This document shows, piece after piece, positions 38,190-47,484 of a stretch of 64,000 nucleotides of DNA. The translations under genes and the position numbers were made by a program. The stretch lies in the IMG/VR virus record IMGVR_UViG_3300032268_000986, positions 248,001 through 312,000 of that record. The stretch is one strand, 5' to 3'. Below the pieces are notes generated by a model. That model did no database searches. It had not been told where the DNA came from and worked only from the letters and a program-made list of their open reading frames with translations. The stretch's first letter is position 1. Each line of letters opens with the position of its first letter.

Positions 38190-39204
38190 TCTTCATAACA
38201 GTGGTTTCTGCCATGCGTTTCCAGTTGCCTGGAAAGCTCTTGCGCAAGTCTGCAATCTTCAGCGCCATGCGCAGGCTCATCTCACGCAACCGAGCTTGGT
38301 TGGTGTTCATGAACTCAATGATGTCGTCCTGTACGCACTCTTCAAAGTCGTAGTCAGCAAACAACACACCGTCCTTGGCAATCTGCTTGATACGCAGGAT
38401 CTTGTCACGCATGGTGTCCAAGGTCAAGTCTAGGTAGTGACAGCGTGACTGCAATGCATCCAAGTGATCACGAAGTTTCTGGCTCTTCATGCTGTCAAAC
38501 TTCAAGTTAGTGATAAAGATCACCGAACCCTTGAACTCAAAACTGTCTGGAATGCCTTCGCGACGCAGAGTGCTGGACTCTGACAACCAGGAAATCTTGC
38601 GCTTCTTGCCGGAGTCAAGAGCGCCCTTGAGCAAGTTCAAGCTGACATCGTCAAGCAAGATTGAGTCACAGTCATCAAACACCACCACACAATTGGTGTC
38701 AGAATATTTGTACAAGGTCTGGTACAGGCCAATTGGGGTTGCCGAGCCTTTAACAACTTCGGCACGGAGTCGCTTGCCAGCCAGCTTGTCCAGCAATGTG
38801 GCTTTTTCAATTTCTTGTTCCACACCAAAGCTCTTGCCCACGCCGGGAGGACCTGACACAATCATAGCACGGATGTCGCCGTTGACACAGGCCTTGCTCA
38901 TCTCATGCAAGATGTCAAAACGCTCGCGAATGCGATCCATTGCTTCGTCTTCAGTTTCCGCTGTTACCACGGGCTTTTTTAATTGTACGGTGTTGTCTTG
39001 TATCATGCCGTTAGTATACTCTAGATCTCGAATGCTGTCAACCCGCACTCTTACCACATCAAACTCGGCACCAAAATAGCCGTTGCTCTTGACAGTGACG
39101 TAGCCGCCTTTGGCTCCAGTTTGGAACCCTTTGACAAGTTCAAAAGTGGCACCTTTTACAGGCTGGTTGCGATAAACACCGTTTAAAATACGAATTGCGC
39201 TCAT
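38182..39204 (-). CDS. AAA+ ATPase
   Basis: Walker A GPPGVGKS, Walker B VVFDDCD, sensor FITN, ALQSRC. Confidence 0.88.
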   Translation of the reverse strand: MSAIRILNGVYRNQPVKGATFELVKGFQTGAKGGYVTVKSNGYFGAEFDVVRVRVDSIRDLEYTNGMIQDNTVQLKKPVVTAETEDEAMDRIRERFDILHEMSKACVNGDIRAMIVSGPPGVGKSFGVEQEIEKATLLDKLAGKRLRAEVVKGSATPIGLYQTLYKYSDTNCVVVFDDCDSILLDDVSLNLLKGALDSGKKRKISWLSESSTLRREGIPDSFEFKGSVIFITNLKFDSMKSQKLRDHLDALQSRCHYLDLTLDTMRDKILRIKQIAKDGVLFADYDFEECVQDDIIEFMNTNQARLREMSLRMALKIADLRKSFPGNWKRMAETTVMKSA

Positions 39205-39249
39205 TTGTTGGCTCCTTGTGAGTGCGGGTTATTTACTTACTAAGCTTCT

Positions 39250-39278
39250 ATTATAACAAATCTGGGTTTATTGGTCAA
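39250..39278 (-). promoter_or_regulatory. early promoter TTGACC-N17-TATAAT
   Basis: TTGACC aataaacccagatttgt TATAAT. Confidence 0.85.
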
Positions 39279-39450
39279 CCGGAGCAAACATTTTTTGCCC
39301 GTGTTGCATAAAAACAACAAACGCTGCCATGGTTTTTTCACTGTAGACCATGCTACCATGTCGCTGAATGTCTTGCAAGAGTTCCAAAAATCCCATGCCC
39401 AAAAACTCTTGTTCTTTGTTGAGTTGGGCAATTGCTGTGGCTATTTGCAT
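39268..39450 (-). CDS. small early hypothetical protein (60 aa)
   Basis: GGAG RBS and own promoter. Confidence 0.7.
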   Translation of the reverse strand: MQIATAIAQLNKEQEFLGMGFLELLQDIQRHGSMVYSEKTMAAFVVFMQHGQKMFAPVDQ

Positions 39451-39479
39451 ACTGGCTCCGTTTTGTTAATCTATGCTAT

Positions 39480-39508
39480 ATTATAGCAAAATGGCGAATT
39501 TTGGTCAA
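39480..39508 (-). promoter_or_regulatory. early promoter TTGACC-N17-TATAAT
   Basis: TTGACC aaaattcgccattttgc TATAAT. Confidence 0.85.
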
Positions 39509-39544
39509 CCACTCTAATTGTGGCTTTTTTACAACAAAAATTGC

Positions 39545-39754
39545 TTATTTTTTAAGCACTTCGTAGAATTGCAGGTTGATAGCATCCATTTCCTCTTGGG
39601 AAACGTAGAAATCTGTGGTGGGATCGTAGTAGGCGCCCTCTTTGTTGTCATAATACAACACTCTGCCCGAGAAGTTAAACGGGCCTTCAAGGCCTTTACG
39701 CGGTTCATATTTGGTACGCATCATGTCCACTGTGTCAACGACCTTGTAACCCAT
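39545..39754 (-). CDS. small early hypothetical protein (MGYKV..., LYYD.KEG.YYDP motif); start probably 39754
   Basis: AAGGAG RBS; the 39826 start lies upstream of the promoter. Confidence 0.75.
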   Translation of the reverse strand: MGYKVVDTVDMMRTKYEPRKGLEGPFNFSGRVLYYDNKEGAYYDPTTDFYVSQEEMDAINLQFYEVLKK

Positions 39755-39784
39755 TGCTGGCTCCTTGTTGCTGTCTATGTGTAT

Positions 39785-39813
39785 ATTATAGCAAAATGGC
39801 GAATTTTGGTCAA
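39785..39813 (-). promoter_or_regulatory. early promoter TTGACC-N17-TATAAT
   Basis: Identical to the 39480 promoter. Confidence 0.85.
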
Positions 39814-39816
39814 CCA

Positions 39817-40554
39817 CTATTTCCACAAGTTTTTTATCAGCGGGTCACTGACTTGATGTGGCTTGGGAGTTCCGTGAAACACAATGACCGAAGCTTCAGG
39901 GTCAATCACAGCACCTGCACCGGGTTTGCTGAATGTGCGTGACGGAAATTGCATGCCACCGTCCTGTACCTGCCAGCGATAACTTTGCACATGTTTTTCA
40001 GGATAGAAGCGGCGTTTGTTGTGATCAATTACTGCACCAATGTAGTCTTGGTCCCCGGCATGTCGACGCATGACATCTTCAAGGTTCTCGCCGCGAAACT
40101 TTTGCCACACCCAGTCAAACTGAACTGTGTTCCAGTACATGAGACTGCTGTTCATGCCCGAATACCCAGTGCGTTGTAGATATCTAAAATCACGCAAGGT
40201 CCAAAAATAATCAGTATGGCCAGCTGTGGCCCAGGTCATGTCATTGAATACCACAACATCTAGGTCTAAATACAACAGAGGTCCTTGCCAGTGCTCACTG
40301 TTGAACAACTGCATCTTGTACCACCAGGACTTTTTGGGACCAGACACGCCGGCCCAGTCTTCTAATATGTGTTTGATCATGTGTGGTGGTACTGATCGGT
40401 CATGTTCAGTGTACACATGCATGCGGGCACCACCTGGCAGCTGTCGGTTCAACATGCTGTGCAGTCGTTCCACATACTGCCAGTCGTATCCTGACCCGTG
40501 TATCACACAGGCACACTCGGTTACTCTAGGGCTGGTGCCAATCTTTTTAGCCAT
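39817..40554 (-). CDS. GT-A glycosyltransferase (GT8-like)
   Basis: WWYKMQLF, YLDLDVV (DxD), NSSLM, GDQDYI, IVFHG.PKP. Confidence 0.8.
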   Translation of the reverse strand: MAKKIGTSPRVTECACVIHGSGYDWQYVERLHSMLNRQLPGGARMHVYTEHDRSVPPHMIKHILEDWAGVSGPKKSWWYKMQLFNSEHWQGPLLYLDLDVVVFNDMTWATAGHTDYFWTLRDFRYLQRTGYSGMNSSLMYWNTVQFDWVWQKFRGENLEDVMRRHAGDQDYIGAVIDHNKRRFYPEKHVQSYRWQVQDGGMQFPSRTFSKPGAGAVIDPEASVIVFHGTPKPHQVSDPLIKNLWK

Positions 40555-41369
40555 AAACCTTGGGCAATTTCTTCAATGGTGTATTCAGTGTGTGCAATTT
40601 CAATCAACCAACGGTCACGATCAACTGTGTAGGGCTGGTTGATGTCTTGAATGGCCACGCTGACTGGATGTGCAAGACTGGACACATCCACCATGGGTCT
40701 TGCACCTGCCATGGCTGCTTGAACGCCTGGTCCTGAATTGTAGTTCAACACAGCATGATAACCATAGTCAATGTTGAAACTGTCGTAGCTGCCGGGGATC
40801 TGTCGTGGATACTCAATCTCAGCACCACCGGGCAATAGAGTGATATCCAGGGGGCATCTGGGGTGTGGTCTTATCACAATGGGTCGGTCTGACACAGCAC
40901 GTATTTCACGCACACGTTCGGCAATCCAGCGTTCTTGACAAGGAACATTGGCCAATTGCAGACTTTTTTTGTGTTGTGCGGCCACCAGTATGGCTGGTCG
41001 CAAATTGGGGTTGCGTTGCAGTTGCATGCCCAGTTGTCCGGGGCGGTCTGGATCTAGATCCTGCTGATGCCCGTAGTAGCCTTCGGCATTGATGTTGTTT
41101 ACTGCTATTTTCCAAGTTGTGCCCCGTGATATTGCACCAACGTCAACTACTATGACAGGCCGTCCAGACTCACGATAGTGCTGATAAATGGCTTGATTTC
41201 CTGCCATGCGCCCGTTCCACAGCACACTCCAAACAATCACAGCATCAGCACTCATGCCACGTTCTTGTGCATGAATACCAGAGGATTTTAAACCAGCCAG
41301 TACAGCATCCATGACCGGGCGTGAATTTAATGCACAGTAAGAAGGAAAGTAGGCTACGGAACGGATCAC
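40521..41369 (-). CDS. capsule polysaccharide biosynthesis (KpsS/KpsC-like) GT-B protein
   Basis: IVIRPHP, H..LNYNSG.GVQA.MAG.P, W...IA..EYT..EI..G. Confidence 0.6.
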   Translation of the reverse strand: MIRSVAYFPSYCALNSRPVMDAVLAGLKSSGIHAQERGMSADAVIVWSVLWNGRMAGNQAIYQHYRESGRPVIVVDVGAISRGTTWKIAVNNINAEGYYGHQQDLDPDRPGQLGMQLQRNPNLRPAILVAAQHKKSLQLANVPCQERWIAERVREIRAVSDRPIVIRPHPRCPLDITLLPGGAEIEYPRQIPGSYDSFNIDYGYHAVLNYNSGPGVQAAMAGARPMVDVSSLAHPVSVAIQDINQPYTVDRDRWLIEIAHTEYTIEEIAQGLWLKRLAPALE

Positions 41370-41375
41370 TAAATA
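41370..41375 (+). promoter_or_regulatory. TAAATA late-promoter-like motif, 5 nt before ATG of the plus-strand glycosyltransferase operon
   Basis: TAAATA tccct ATG. Confidence 0.55.
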
Positions 41376-41380
41376 TCCCT

Positions 41381-42181
41381 ATGAAATATAGTGTAGTTAC
41401 CACTTTCAACGCAGAAGGTTATGAGAAATACGGGCGCAGAATGATTGAAACATTCATTCAAAACTGGCCTGCCACTGTGCAGTTGACCGTTTATGCCGAA
41501 GGCTGCAGAGTAAATGAAACGGCCGCCAACCTTGAAGTCTGTGACATTGCAGTGGTCACTGAACTCACTGCATTCAAGCAACAGTGGCAGGGCGTGGCCC
41601 GAGCCAACGGCGATGTCAGTGCTGATCCTGTTAGATCAAAACGTCGGGATGCCGGCAAAGGATTCAAGTGGGACGCTGTGAGATTTTCACACAAAGTCTA
41701 CAGTATTTTTCACTGTGCAAAAAATACACACACTGACTGGTTAATTTGGATGGACGCAGACACTGTGTGTCACAGTCCCGTGACTGAACAGGATCTAACA
41801 AGACTATGTCCCGACAATCGAGATCTTTGTTTTCTTGGGCGCCGGGGCAAGTTCAGTGAGTGCGGACTGTATGCAATGAATCTTGGCAGACCCAATACGA
41901 GAGATTTTTTAACTAAATTTCAAAAGTATTATGACGACGCTGAACAAGGAATTTTTACTCTAGACGAATGGCATGACAGTTTTGTTTTTGATGCTGTTCG
42001 TCGGCAGACTAGTTTATACGAACTAGACTGGAGCAGTCATTTGATCACCGGAGAAGGTCATCCCTTGATCAATTCAGACTGGGGTGCATATCTAGATCAT
42101 CTCAAAGGCAAGCGCAAGACCACAGGACGCAGTCCTGCCACAGACTTAAAAGTTCAACGAACCGAGGCATACTGGCAATGA
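41381..42181 (+). CDS. GT-A glycosyltransferase; start probably MKYSV at 41381
   Basis: RFSHKVYSI, WLIWMDADT (DxD), ECG, EWHDSFVFD, HLKG. Confidence 0.75.
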   Translation: MKYSVVTTFNAEGYEKYGRRMIETFIQNWPATVQLTVYAEGCRVNETAANLEVCDIAVVTELTAFKQQWQGVARANGDVSADPVRSKRRDAGKGFKWDAVRFSHKVYSIFHCAKNTHTDWLIWMDADTVCHSPVTEQDLTRLCPDNRDLCFLGRRGKFSECGLYAMNLGRPNTRDFLTKFQKYYDDAEQGIFTLDEWHDSFVFDAVRRQTSLYELDWSSHLITGEGHPLINSDWGAYLDHLKGKRKTTGRSPATDLKVQRTEAYWQ

Positions 42182-42978
42182 CCTGGATATTTCTCAACAA
42201 GAAAAACAGTGACGAGTACATAGAAATGTTTGCTCGTGGATGCAGTGCAGTGCCCACTGAGTTAGAAACCTGGCAGTACCAAGACAGTGATGCGCCCTTG
42301 GTGATCCGAGGCATCATGAAACACAAGATTATCAAACAGTGCTGGGCAGACAACCGACCATTCTGGTACATGGATTCCGGCTATGTTGGCAATAGACCCA
42401 GTACTCAAAATCCTCATGGTTGGAAACAGTGGCATAGGATAGTGCCCAACAACCTGCAACATGGTGCAGTGATCCCAAGGCCTGCTGATCGTTGGCAGCG
42501 GCATGACATTGCCATGCCTCGACGTCGGCATGGCAGCAAAATATTACTAGCAGCACCAGACGAAAAACCCTGTGTGTTTTATGACATCACTCTGTCTGAC
42601 TGGATTGCACAAACCGTTGCCACAATCAAACAATACACTGACCGAGAAATTGTCATACGTGAGCGCAACCCCAATCGCCAGGCACGTGTGGCCAGTGACT
42701 TGCAATCAGCACTGATGGATGTGCATGCCGTGGTCACATTTAATTCTATTGCAGCCACCGAAAGTGTGCTGGCTGGTGTGCCGGCATTTGCTCTGGCACC
42801 GTCAAATGCTGCCATTCCAGTGTCCAACACTGACTTATCCAAAATCAACAACCCATGGTACCCTGATCGAGATCAAATTCATGATTGGGCGTGCCATTTG
42901 GCCTATGGGCAGTTTCACAATTCTGAACTGCAGAATGGCACAGCGCACCGAATACTACAGGAGACTCTCAATGCGTGA
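42178..42978 (+). CDS. KpsS/KpsC-like GT-B protein
   Basis: YMDSGY, IVIRER, HAVVTFNSIAATESVLAGVP, WACHLAYGQF. Confidence 0.6.
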   Translation: MTWIFLNKKNSDEYIEMFARGCSAVPTELETWQYQDSDAPLVIRGIMKHKIIKQCWADNRPFWYMDSGYVGNRPSTQNPHGWKQWHRIVPNNLQHGAVIPRPADRWQRHDIAMPRRRHGSKILLAAPDEKPCVFYDITLSDWIAQTVATIKQYTDREIVIRERNPNRQARVASDLQSALMDVHAVVTFNSIAATESVLAGVPAFALAPSNAAIPVSNTDLSKINNPWYPDRDQIHDWACHLAYGQFHNSELQNGTAHRILQETLNA

Positions 42979-43621
42979 ACACTATGGCTGGTATTTCCCA
43001 GATGTTGACACACACTTTCCACAAATGCTAAAGAAAAGTGTTGATCGCGGTGGCCCCGCAGAATATCAATTACCTGTGCGCCGTCGCAGTATTGAATTGT
43101 GTGCTGGACATGGCACTGCCTTGGACATTGGAGCCAATGTGGGCCTGTGGAGTCGTGACCTAGTGGACAACTTTTCCCAGGTGATTGCGTTTGAGCCCGT
43201 GGCCATCTTTAGAGAATGTCTGGAACGCAATGTGTCTGGCTCTAACTTTTCTATCAGCCCCTTGGCTCTGGGAAATCAAGAAACTCAGGCCACCATGATC
43301 ATCACTCCAGGCAATACTGGACACAGTCACCTGGATCCTGCCAGCATGGGCACCGGTGATGTGAAAGTGGTGACTCTTGACAGCTTGAACATACCCAATG
43401 TTGACTATGTCAAGATTGACTGCGAAGGGTACGAGTATCGTGTGTTGCAAGGTGCAGAACAAACCATTAAAACCTGTCGTCCTGTTGTGGTAGTGGAACA
43501 AAAACCGCATGCAGCCTACAGTGATCAATACGCACAGCATGCAGCCGTCGAGTTGCTGAAATCCTGGGGCATGACCCGGCTGGACCAAGTCAAGGATGAC
43601 TGGATCATGGGATGGAACTGA
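42971..43621 (+). CDS. FkbM-family SAM methyltransferase; start probably MREHY at 42971
   Basis: ALDIGANVGLW, FEPV, ALG, VKIDCEGYE..VLQGA. Confidence 0.88.
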   Translation: MREHYGWYFPDVDTHFPQMLKKSVDRGGPAEYQLPVRRRSIELCAGHGTALDIGANVGLWSRDLVDNFSQVIAFEPVAIFRECLERNVSGSNFSISPLALGNQETQATMIITPGNTGHSHLDPASMGTGDVKVVTLDSLNIPNVDYVKIDCEGYEYRVLQGAEQTIKTCRPVVVVEQKPHAAYSDQYAQHAAVELLKSWGMTRLDQVKDDWIMGWN

Positions 43622-43648
43622 TAATAAAATTTTAAAATAGGAAATAGC

Positions 43649-44179
43649 ATGCCATCAAGTAATAAAGAAGGTAAGTCAGTGATAAGAGAATGGGTTACAG
43701 AATTTGGTCCTGACGTAAAAACTGTACTAGATCTTGGAGTCGGGAACGGAACTTATCATAGGCTGTATACCAGGAAGTCGCCAGCTCTTAAAGAAGCATA
43801 CTGGATTGGCGTCGAGGCATGGGAGCCCTATATTCGTGAATTTGATTTGTTAACAAGATATAATAAGATTGTCAATGAAGATATTAGAACAGTAGATTTC
43901 AACACCTTGGGTCCAATCGATTTAGTGTTTGCAGGTGATGTATTGGAACATATAACCAAAGAAGAAGCAATTAAAGTAGTTGACAATCTATTAAAGGTTG
44001 CTAAGAAAATTATTGTTAGTATTCCTATTGTGCATTTTCCACAAGGCAAAGAAGAAGGAAATCCCTACGAAGCACATGTAAAGGATGATTGGTCACACAC
44101 AGAAATGTTGGAAACTTTCCCTCAAATTAAACGATCATGGACCGGTAACATCATTGGAGTGTACCTATTAGAGTTATGA
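43649..44179 (+). CDS. class I SAM-dependent methyltransferase
   Basis: VLDLGVGNG.Y, GVEAWE, GDVLEH. Confidence 0.85.
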   Translation: MPSSNKEGKSVIREWVTEFGPDVKTVLDLGVGNGTYHRLYTRKSPALKEAYWIGVEAWEPYIREFDLLTRYNKIVNEDIRTVDFNTLGPIDLVFAGDVLEHITKEEAIKVVDNLLKVAKKIIVSIPIVHFPQGKEEGNPYEAHVKDDWSHTEMLETFPQIKRSWTGNIIGVYLLEL

Positions 44180-44877
44180 AAGCATACATAATTAGACTGA
44201 AAAACAACGCCATGTCTGAGAAATACGCAGACCTTGGTGTTGCCCAGGCTCGCAAGTTTGGCATTGATGTTGAATACTTTGACGGCATCAACGGATTGGA
44301 ATATCAACAGCATGTGACTGAATTGGGCATTGCGCCAAGATACAAATTCAAAAAAGGTCGAGCCGGGGTTTTTGGTTGCTTTCTAAGTCATTACTACCTA
44401 TGGCAACAGTGTGCAGCAGGTGATCAGCCTTTTTTGATTCTTGAACACGACGGATATTTTGTCAAGACCTTGCCCAACAACATACTTGACACATTTACAG
44501 ATGTGCTCAAACTTGATGATCAGGATCCTTATTCCAAGCACTACGACACCACAGTCACGTCTCAACTCAATCAACCCGTAGTTGTAAACAAATATCACAA
44601 CCCGCAAGCCAAGACTGTGAATGACGGATCAGATTTTGTTGACAAAATTGGCACAGGCAACTACATTCGCGGCGCCTACAGTTACATCATCAAACCACAT
44701 GCAGCACAACGGCTGATTGGCTGGATCAAACAAAATGGATTTGTTCCTGCCGATCAACAGATCGGCGATGCCGTGGTCGATATACAAGTAACCGTGCCCA
44801 CCATAGCAAGGTTGCACCCTGACTATCACAACCGAATCAAAGAAATGTCTTTGACCGGGAATCCCGACCTGTTGTGA
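44176..44877 (+). CDS. GT25-family (LPS biosynthesis-type) glycosyltransferase
   Basis: AYII.L, F.GING, GCFLSHY.LW, ILEHD, GAY.YII.P.AA..L, PAD. Confidence 0.82.
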   Translation: MKAYIIRLKNNAMSEKYADLGVAQARKFGIDVEYFDGINGLEYQQHVTELGIAPRYKFKKGRAGVFGCFLSHYYLWQQCAAGDQPFLILEHDGYFVKTLPNNILDTFTDVLKLDDQDPYSKHYDTTVTSQLNQPVVVNKYHNPQAKTVNDGSDFVDKIGTGNYIRGAYSYIIKPHAAQRLIGWIKQNGFVPADQQIGDAVVDIQVTVPTIARLHPDYHNRIKEMSLTGNPDLL

Positions 44878-44878
44878 T

Positions 44879-45823
44879 TTATTTTGTGCGATTTATTGTT
44901 TTGAGAAAAGGCAAAAACTTCTGATAGATGCTGCCATTACGAGCATCCTCATCGCTCCAATGTGCAGCCGCTAGATCATACACCCATTGAGTTCGATCAA
45001 ACACCACCGGAGTGTTGATCTGAGAGATGTCATGGTTGGCCACTGCCCAGCTCACACAACTGCTGTCATCCGCAAACACTGGAACTCCGGCCAACACAGC
45101 AGCCACACTGGCCGAACTATTGAATACCACCGCGGCATGAGCATGAGAAAGATTGTCTTTTAGTGTTGCGGACAATGGGTCAAGTACATGCACGTTGAGC
45201 TGTCGACGATAATGCCGATTCCTAAAAATTGAAAAATCATCACTGGCATAGGTTCCTGGATGCGGTCGTATCATAATGGGTAGATCACTGTGTTGCCTTA
45301 TCTCAGTGATCTTTTGATTGATCCAGGCTGTTGGATCCAGGGACTTCATTGCAAACCCACCATCTCGTTGCACACACAACAGTATGTAATTGCCAGACAA
45401 CTTGGGAGGTGCCATGACAATGTTTAAATCACTGCTGATTCGTTGCCATTGGTCAGGACTGCTGTTGTGATTGGCATATTCGGCTTTGTCGTAGAACGGG
45501 CCTCCTAGACTGTAGCGCAAGTAACTGCCATGATCATCTAGATACTTGAAACAACTGGCATCAATACACATGGTATGCCGACCGGTTCGCCGTTGTTCAG
45601 CAATGATTTGTTTGCGTAGTTCAATGTTTCGGCCGCCAGTGTTGGTGGTAGCCCAGCCCAAGATCACAGCCAAGTGACTGGGGGTATACCGATTTTCCCA
45701 CTCTATTGCAACTGACGCTCCTTGGGCCCGTGCTCCTTCAGCAAAGGCTTCCAGGCATGCAATCTTGCGAGTGTGTTTGCGCGGGTTTGCCACCGAGCTG
45801 ACATAAACAACAACATCAGCCAC
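44879..45823 (-). CDS. KpsS/KpsC-like GT-B protein; start probably GTG at 45823
   Basis: IMIRPHP, HAAVVFNSSASVAAVLAGVP, W...LAAAHW; GGAG RBS. Confidence 0.6.
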   Translation of the reverse strand: MADVVVYVSSVANPRKHTRKIACLEAFAEGARAQGASVAIEWENRYTPSHLAVILGWATTNTGGRNIELRKQIIAEQRRTGRHTMCIDASCFKYLDDHGSYLRYSLGGPFYDKAEYANHNSSPDQWQRISSDLNIVMAPPKLSGNYILLCVQRDGGFAMKSLDPTAWINQKITEIRQHSDLPIMIRPHPGTYASDDFSIFRNRHYRRQLNVHVLDPLSATLKDNLSHAHAAVVFNSSASVAAVLAGVPVFADDSSCVSWAVANHDISQINTPVVFDRTQWVYDLAAAHWSDEDARNGSIYQKFLPFLKTINRTK

Positions 45824-46802
45824 CGTTGAGAATTCTCCAAGCAGTTCCGTCTCGCATTTCTGGTTCAGTAAATTGACAATAAGACAAGTGTGCAGCCCAG
45901 GCCACAACTTCATCCAACGTGGGAATCTTGGGGGTTTCAATTTCACTCAGTGATTGGCTGCACAAGGCTGCGGCAGCATTAGGACCCAGTGTGATTGCTG
46001 GTTTGCCCAGTAACAATGCTTCCCCGGCTGCAATACTGGAAAATGTAACCAAGCAATGTACATCTCGGTCTAGTGCCATTTCCATAGTATCGTCGTTTAC
46101 TCGTGTTGATCTACCTTGTTTAGTACGTATTACAATTTCTCGGTCAGTGTGTTGCTTGATTTCATTGATGGTGGAATCCAACCAAGATTCAAGATTGATG
46201 TTATACAGATTCAAGAGTTTTTGACTGGGAGGAGCCAACAACACCTTGGACCCGGGTCTGAATTTTGTCAACTGTATTCCGGTGCGTTCCAGTCTGTCAT
46301 GGGGCCTGTCTATGACTGGACCAAACTTTTGTACATCATTCAGTGTAACGCGATGAAACGTCTTCTTTTTGCCGTTGCCAAAATATCCAGTGTCAACGTA
46401 ATAAAAATCACGATTGGCTGCTCGGCAGGCTGCCATTTCTTTCCTTTTGCTAATACCACGCAACACACACGGTATCATGGAGTTAGCGTCCCGCTCCCAG
46501 CTACTGATTTGTCCGCCAGCTCCTTGCACAAAGCTCTGTAAAATAGGATCGTACATGTGCCCCTTTTCCTTGTATTTGACTTCGCCTGGATCTGACGCAA
46601 TTGCCACCACTGTTTGCAATGCAACGGCGTTGCAGGACTGATGTATCTTGGCCGCGGTTATTCCATAGTATGCGCCCGACGGATCCACACGGAACTTGAG
46701 GATATCTTCAAACAGTTGTCGCACATCTGGTGGCACCATGTCAAATGGCGACCTTGGCAATGGAGCCGGTTCTTGTTCTTGATCTTGATCTTGATCACTC
46801 AT
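45816..46802 (-). CDS. KpsS/KpsC-like GT-B protein with N-terminal extension
   Basis: YVDTGY, IVIRTK, HCLVTFSSIAAGEALLLGKP, WAAHLSYCQF. Confidence 0.6.
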   Translation of the reverse strand: MSDQDQDQEQEPAPLPRSPFDMVPPDVRQLFEDILKFRVDPSGAYYGITAAKIHQSCNAVALQTVVAIASDPGEVKYKEKGHMYDPILQSFVQGAGGQISSWERDANSMIPCVLRGISKRKEMAACRAANRDFYYVDTGYFGNGKKKTFHRVTLNDVQKFGPVIDRPHDRLERTGIQLTKFRPGSKVLLAPPSQKLLNLYNINLESWLDSTINEIKQHTDREIVIRTKQGRSTRVNDDTMEMALDRDVHCLVTFSSIAAGEALLLGKPAITLGPNAAAALCSQSLSEIETPKIPTLDEVVAWAAHLSYCQFTEPEMRDGTAWRILNGG

Positions 46803-47484
46803 GAGTTATTTGCTGACAATGCAGTGTGAGTTTGTGTTCTTGATGCCAGGCTTCATTCTGAGGAGTGTTGGCAAACTCATCAAAGCAGGGCGTTCCCAAG
46901 GTGTAGTGCAACAACTTGGCATTGGCATTGGGTCCAAACTCATCAGGTAACCAATTCCATTCTATTGGCAGTTCACCGATGCGTGAATCATCGATCCAAG
47001 AAAATCTGTGCAGTTCTGCTCCGGTGGCCTTCTGCACGTATTCAGGAGTTAGTTTTCGATTTGGAAAACTGTTGCAGTTCCAGAGAATTACACTGCTCCA
47101 ATTCTTGCGTGGGTAATCTTCGTTTTTGGCACCCAGGTACTTTGTTGGCATGCGTGTTTTATAGTTGTGTTTGACCACTTGCACATCCATGTAAGGATTT
47201 CTCATGTCCCAAAGTTCAGCAATGTCGCCACGCACAATCATGTCACCGTCGATAAAAATAGCCGAACCAGTAAATCCCATCAGGTAAGGTACTAGGAAAC
47301 GTGTGTAGATAAAGTGGTTGCTACCGTCGGTGTGTGTTTCGTCGTAATCTTTAAATAGATTAAGTGCCACTGGCACAATACTCACAGGACGACTTGCATT
47401 TCTAATAATACTGTTAACGCAGGTATGATATGCTATGGCCTCACGTGGATCATAGCCAATAAAAATTGGTATGATCTCTTTCAT
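46795..47484 (-). CDS. GT-A glycosyltransferase (GT8-related phage family)
   Basis: IFIGYDPRE, FIYTRFLVP, FIDGDM (DxD), YPRKNWSS, WNWL, LHYTLG.P. Confidence 0.8.
   Translation of the reverse strand: MKEIIPIFIGYDPREAIAYHTCVNSIIRNASRPVSIVPVALNLFKDYDETHTDGSNHFIYTRFLVPYLMGFTGSAIFIDGDMIVRGDIAELWDMRNPYMDVQVVKHNYKTRMPTKYLGAKNEDYPRKNWSSVILWNCNSFPNRKLTPEYVQKATGAELHRFSWIDDSRIGELPIEWNWLPDEFGPNANAKLLHYTLGTPCFDEFANTPQNEAWHQEHKLTLHCQQITHE

Larger units (their letters stand above)
39477..39818. repeat. 37-bp exact direct repeat (39477..39513 and 39782..39818) comprising the early promoter
   Basis: tatattatagcaaaatggcgaattttggtcaaccact occurs twice, flanking one ORF. Confidence 0.9.

Noticed and set aside
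3528-39818. CRISPR-like or att-like repeats
   Set aside because: The repeats are promoter/RBS blocks separated by whole ORFs, not regular 30-40 nt spacers; no cas or integrase gene is present
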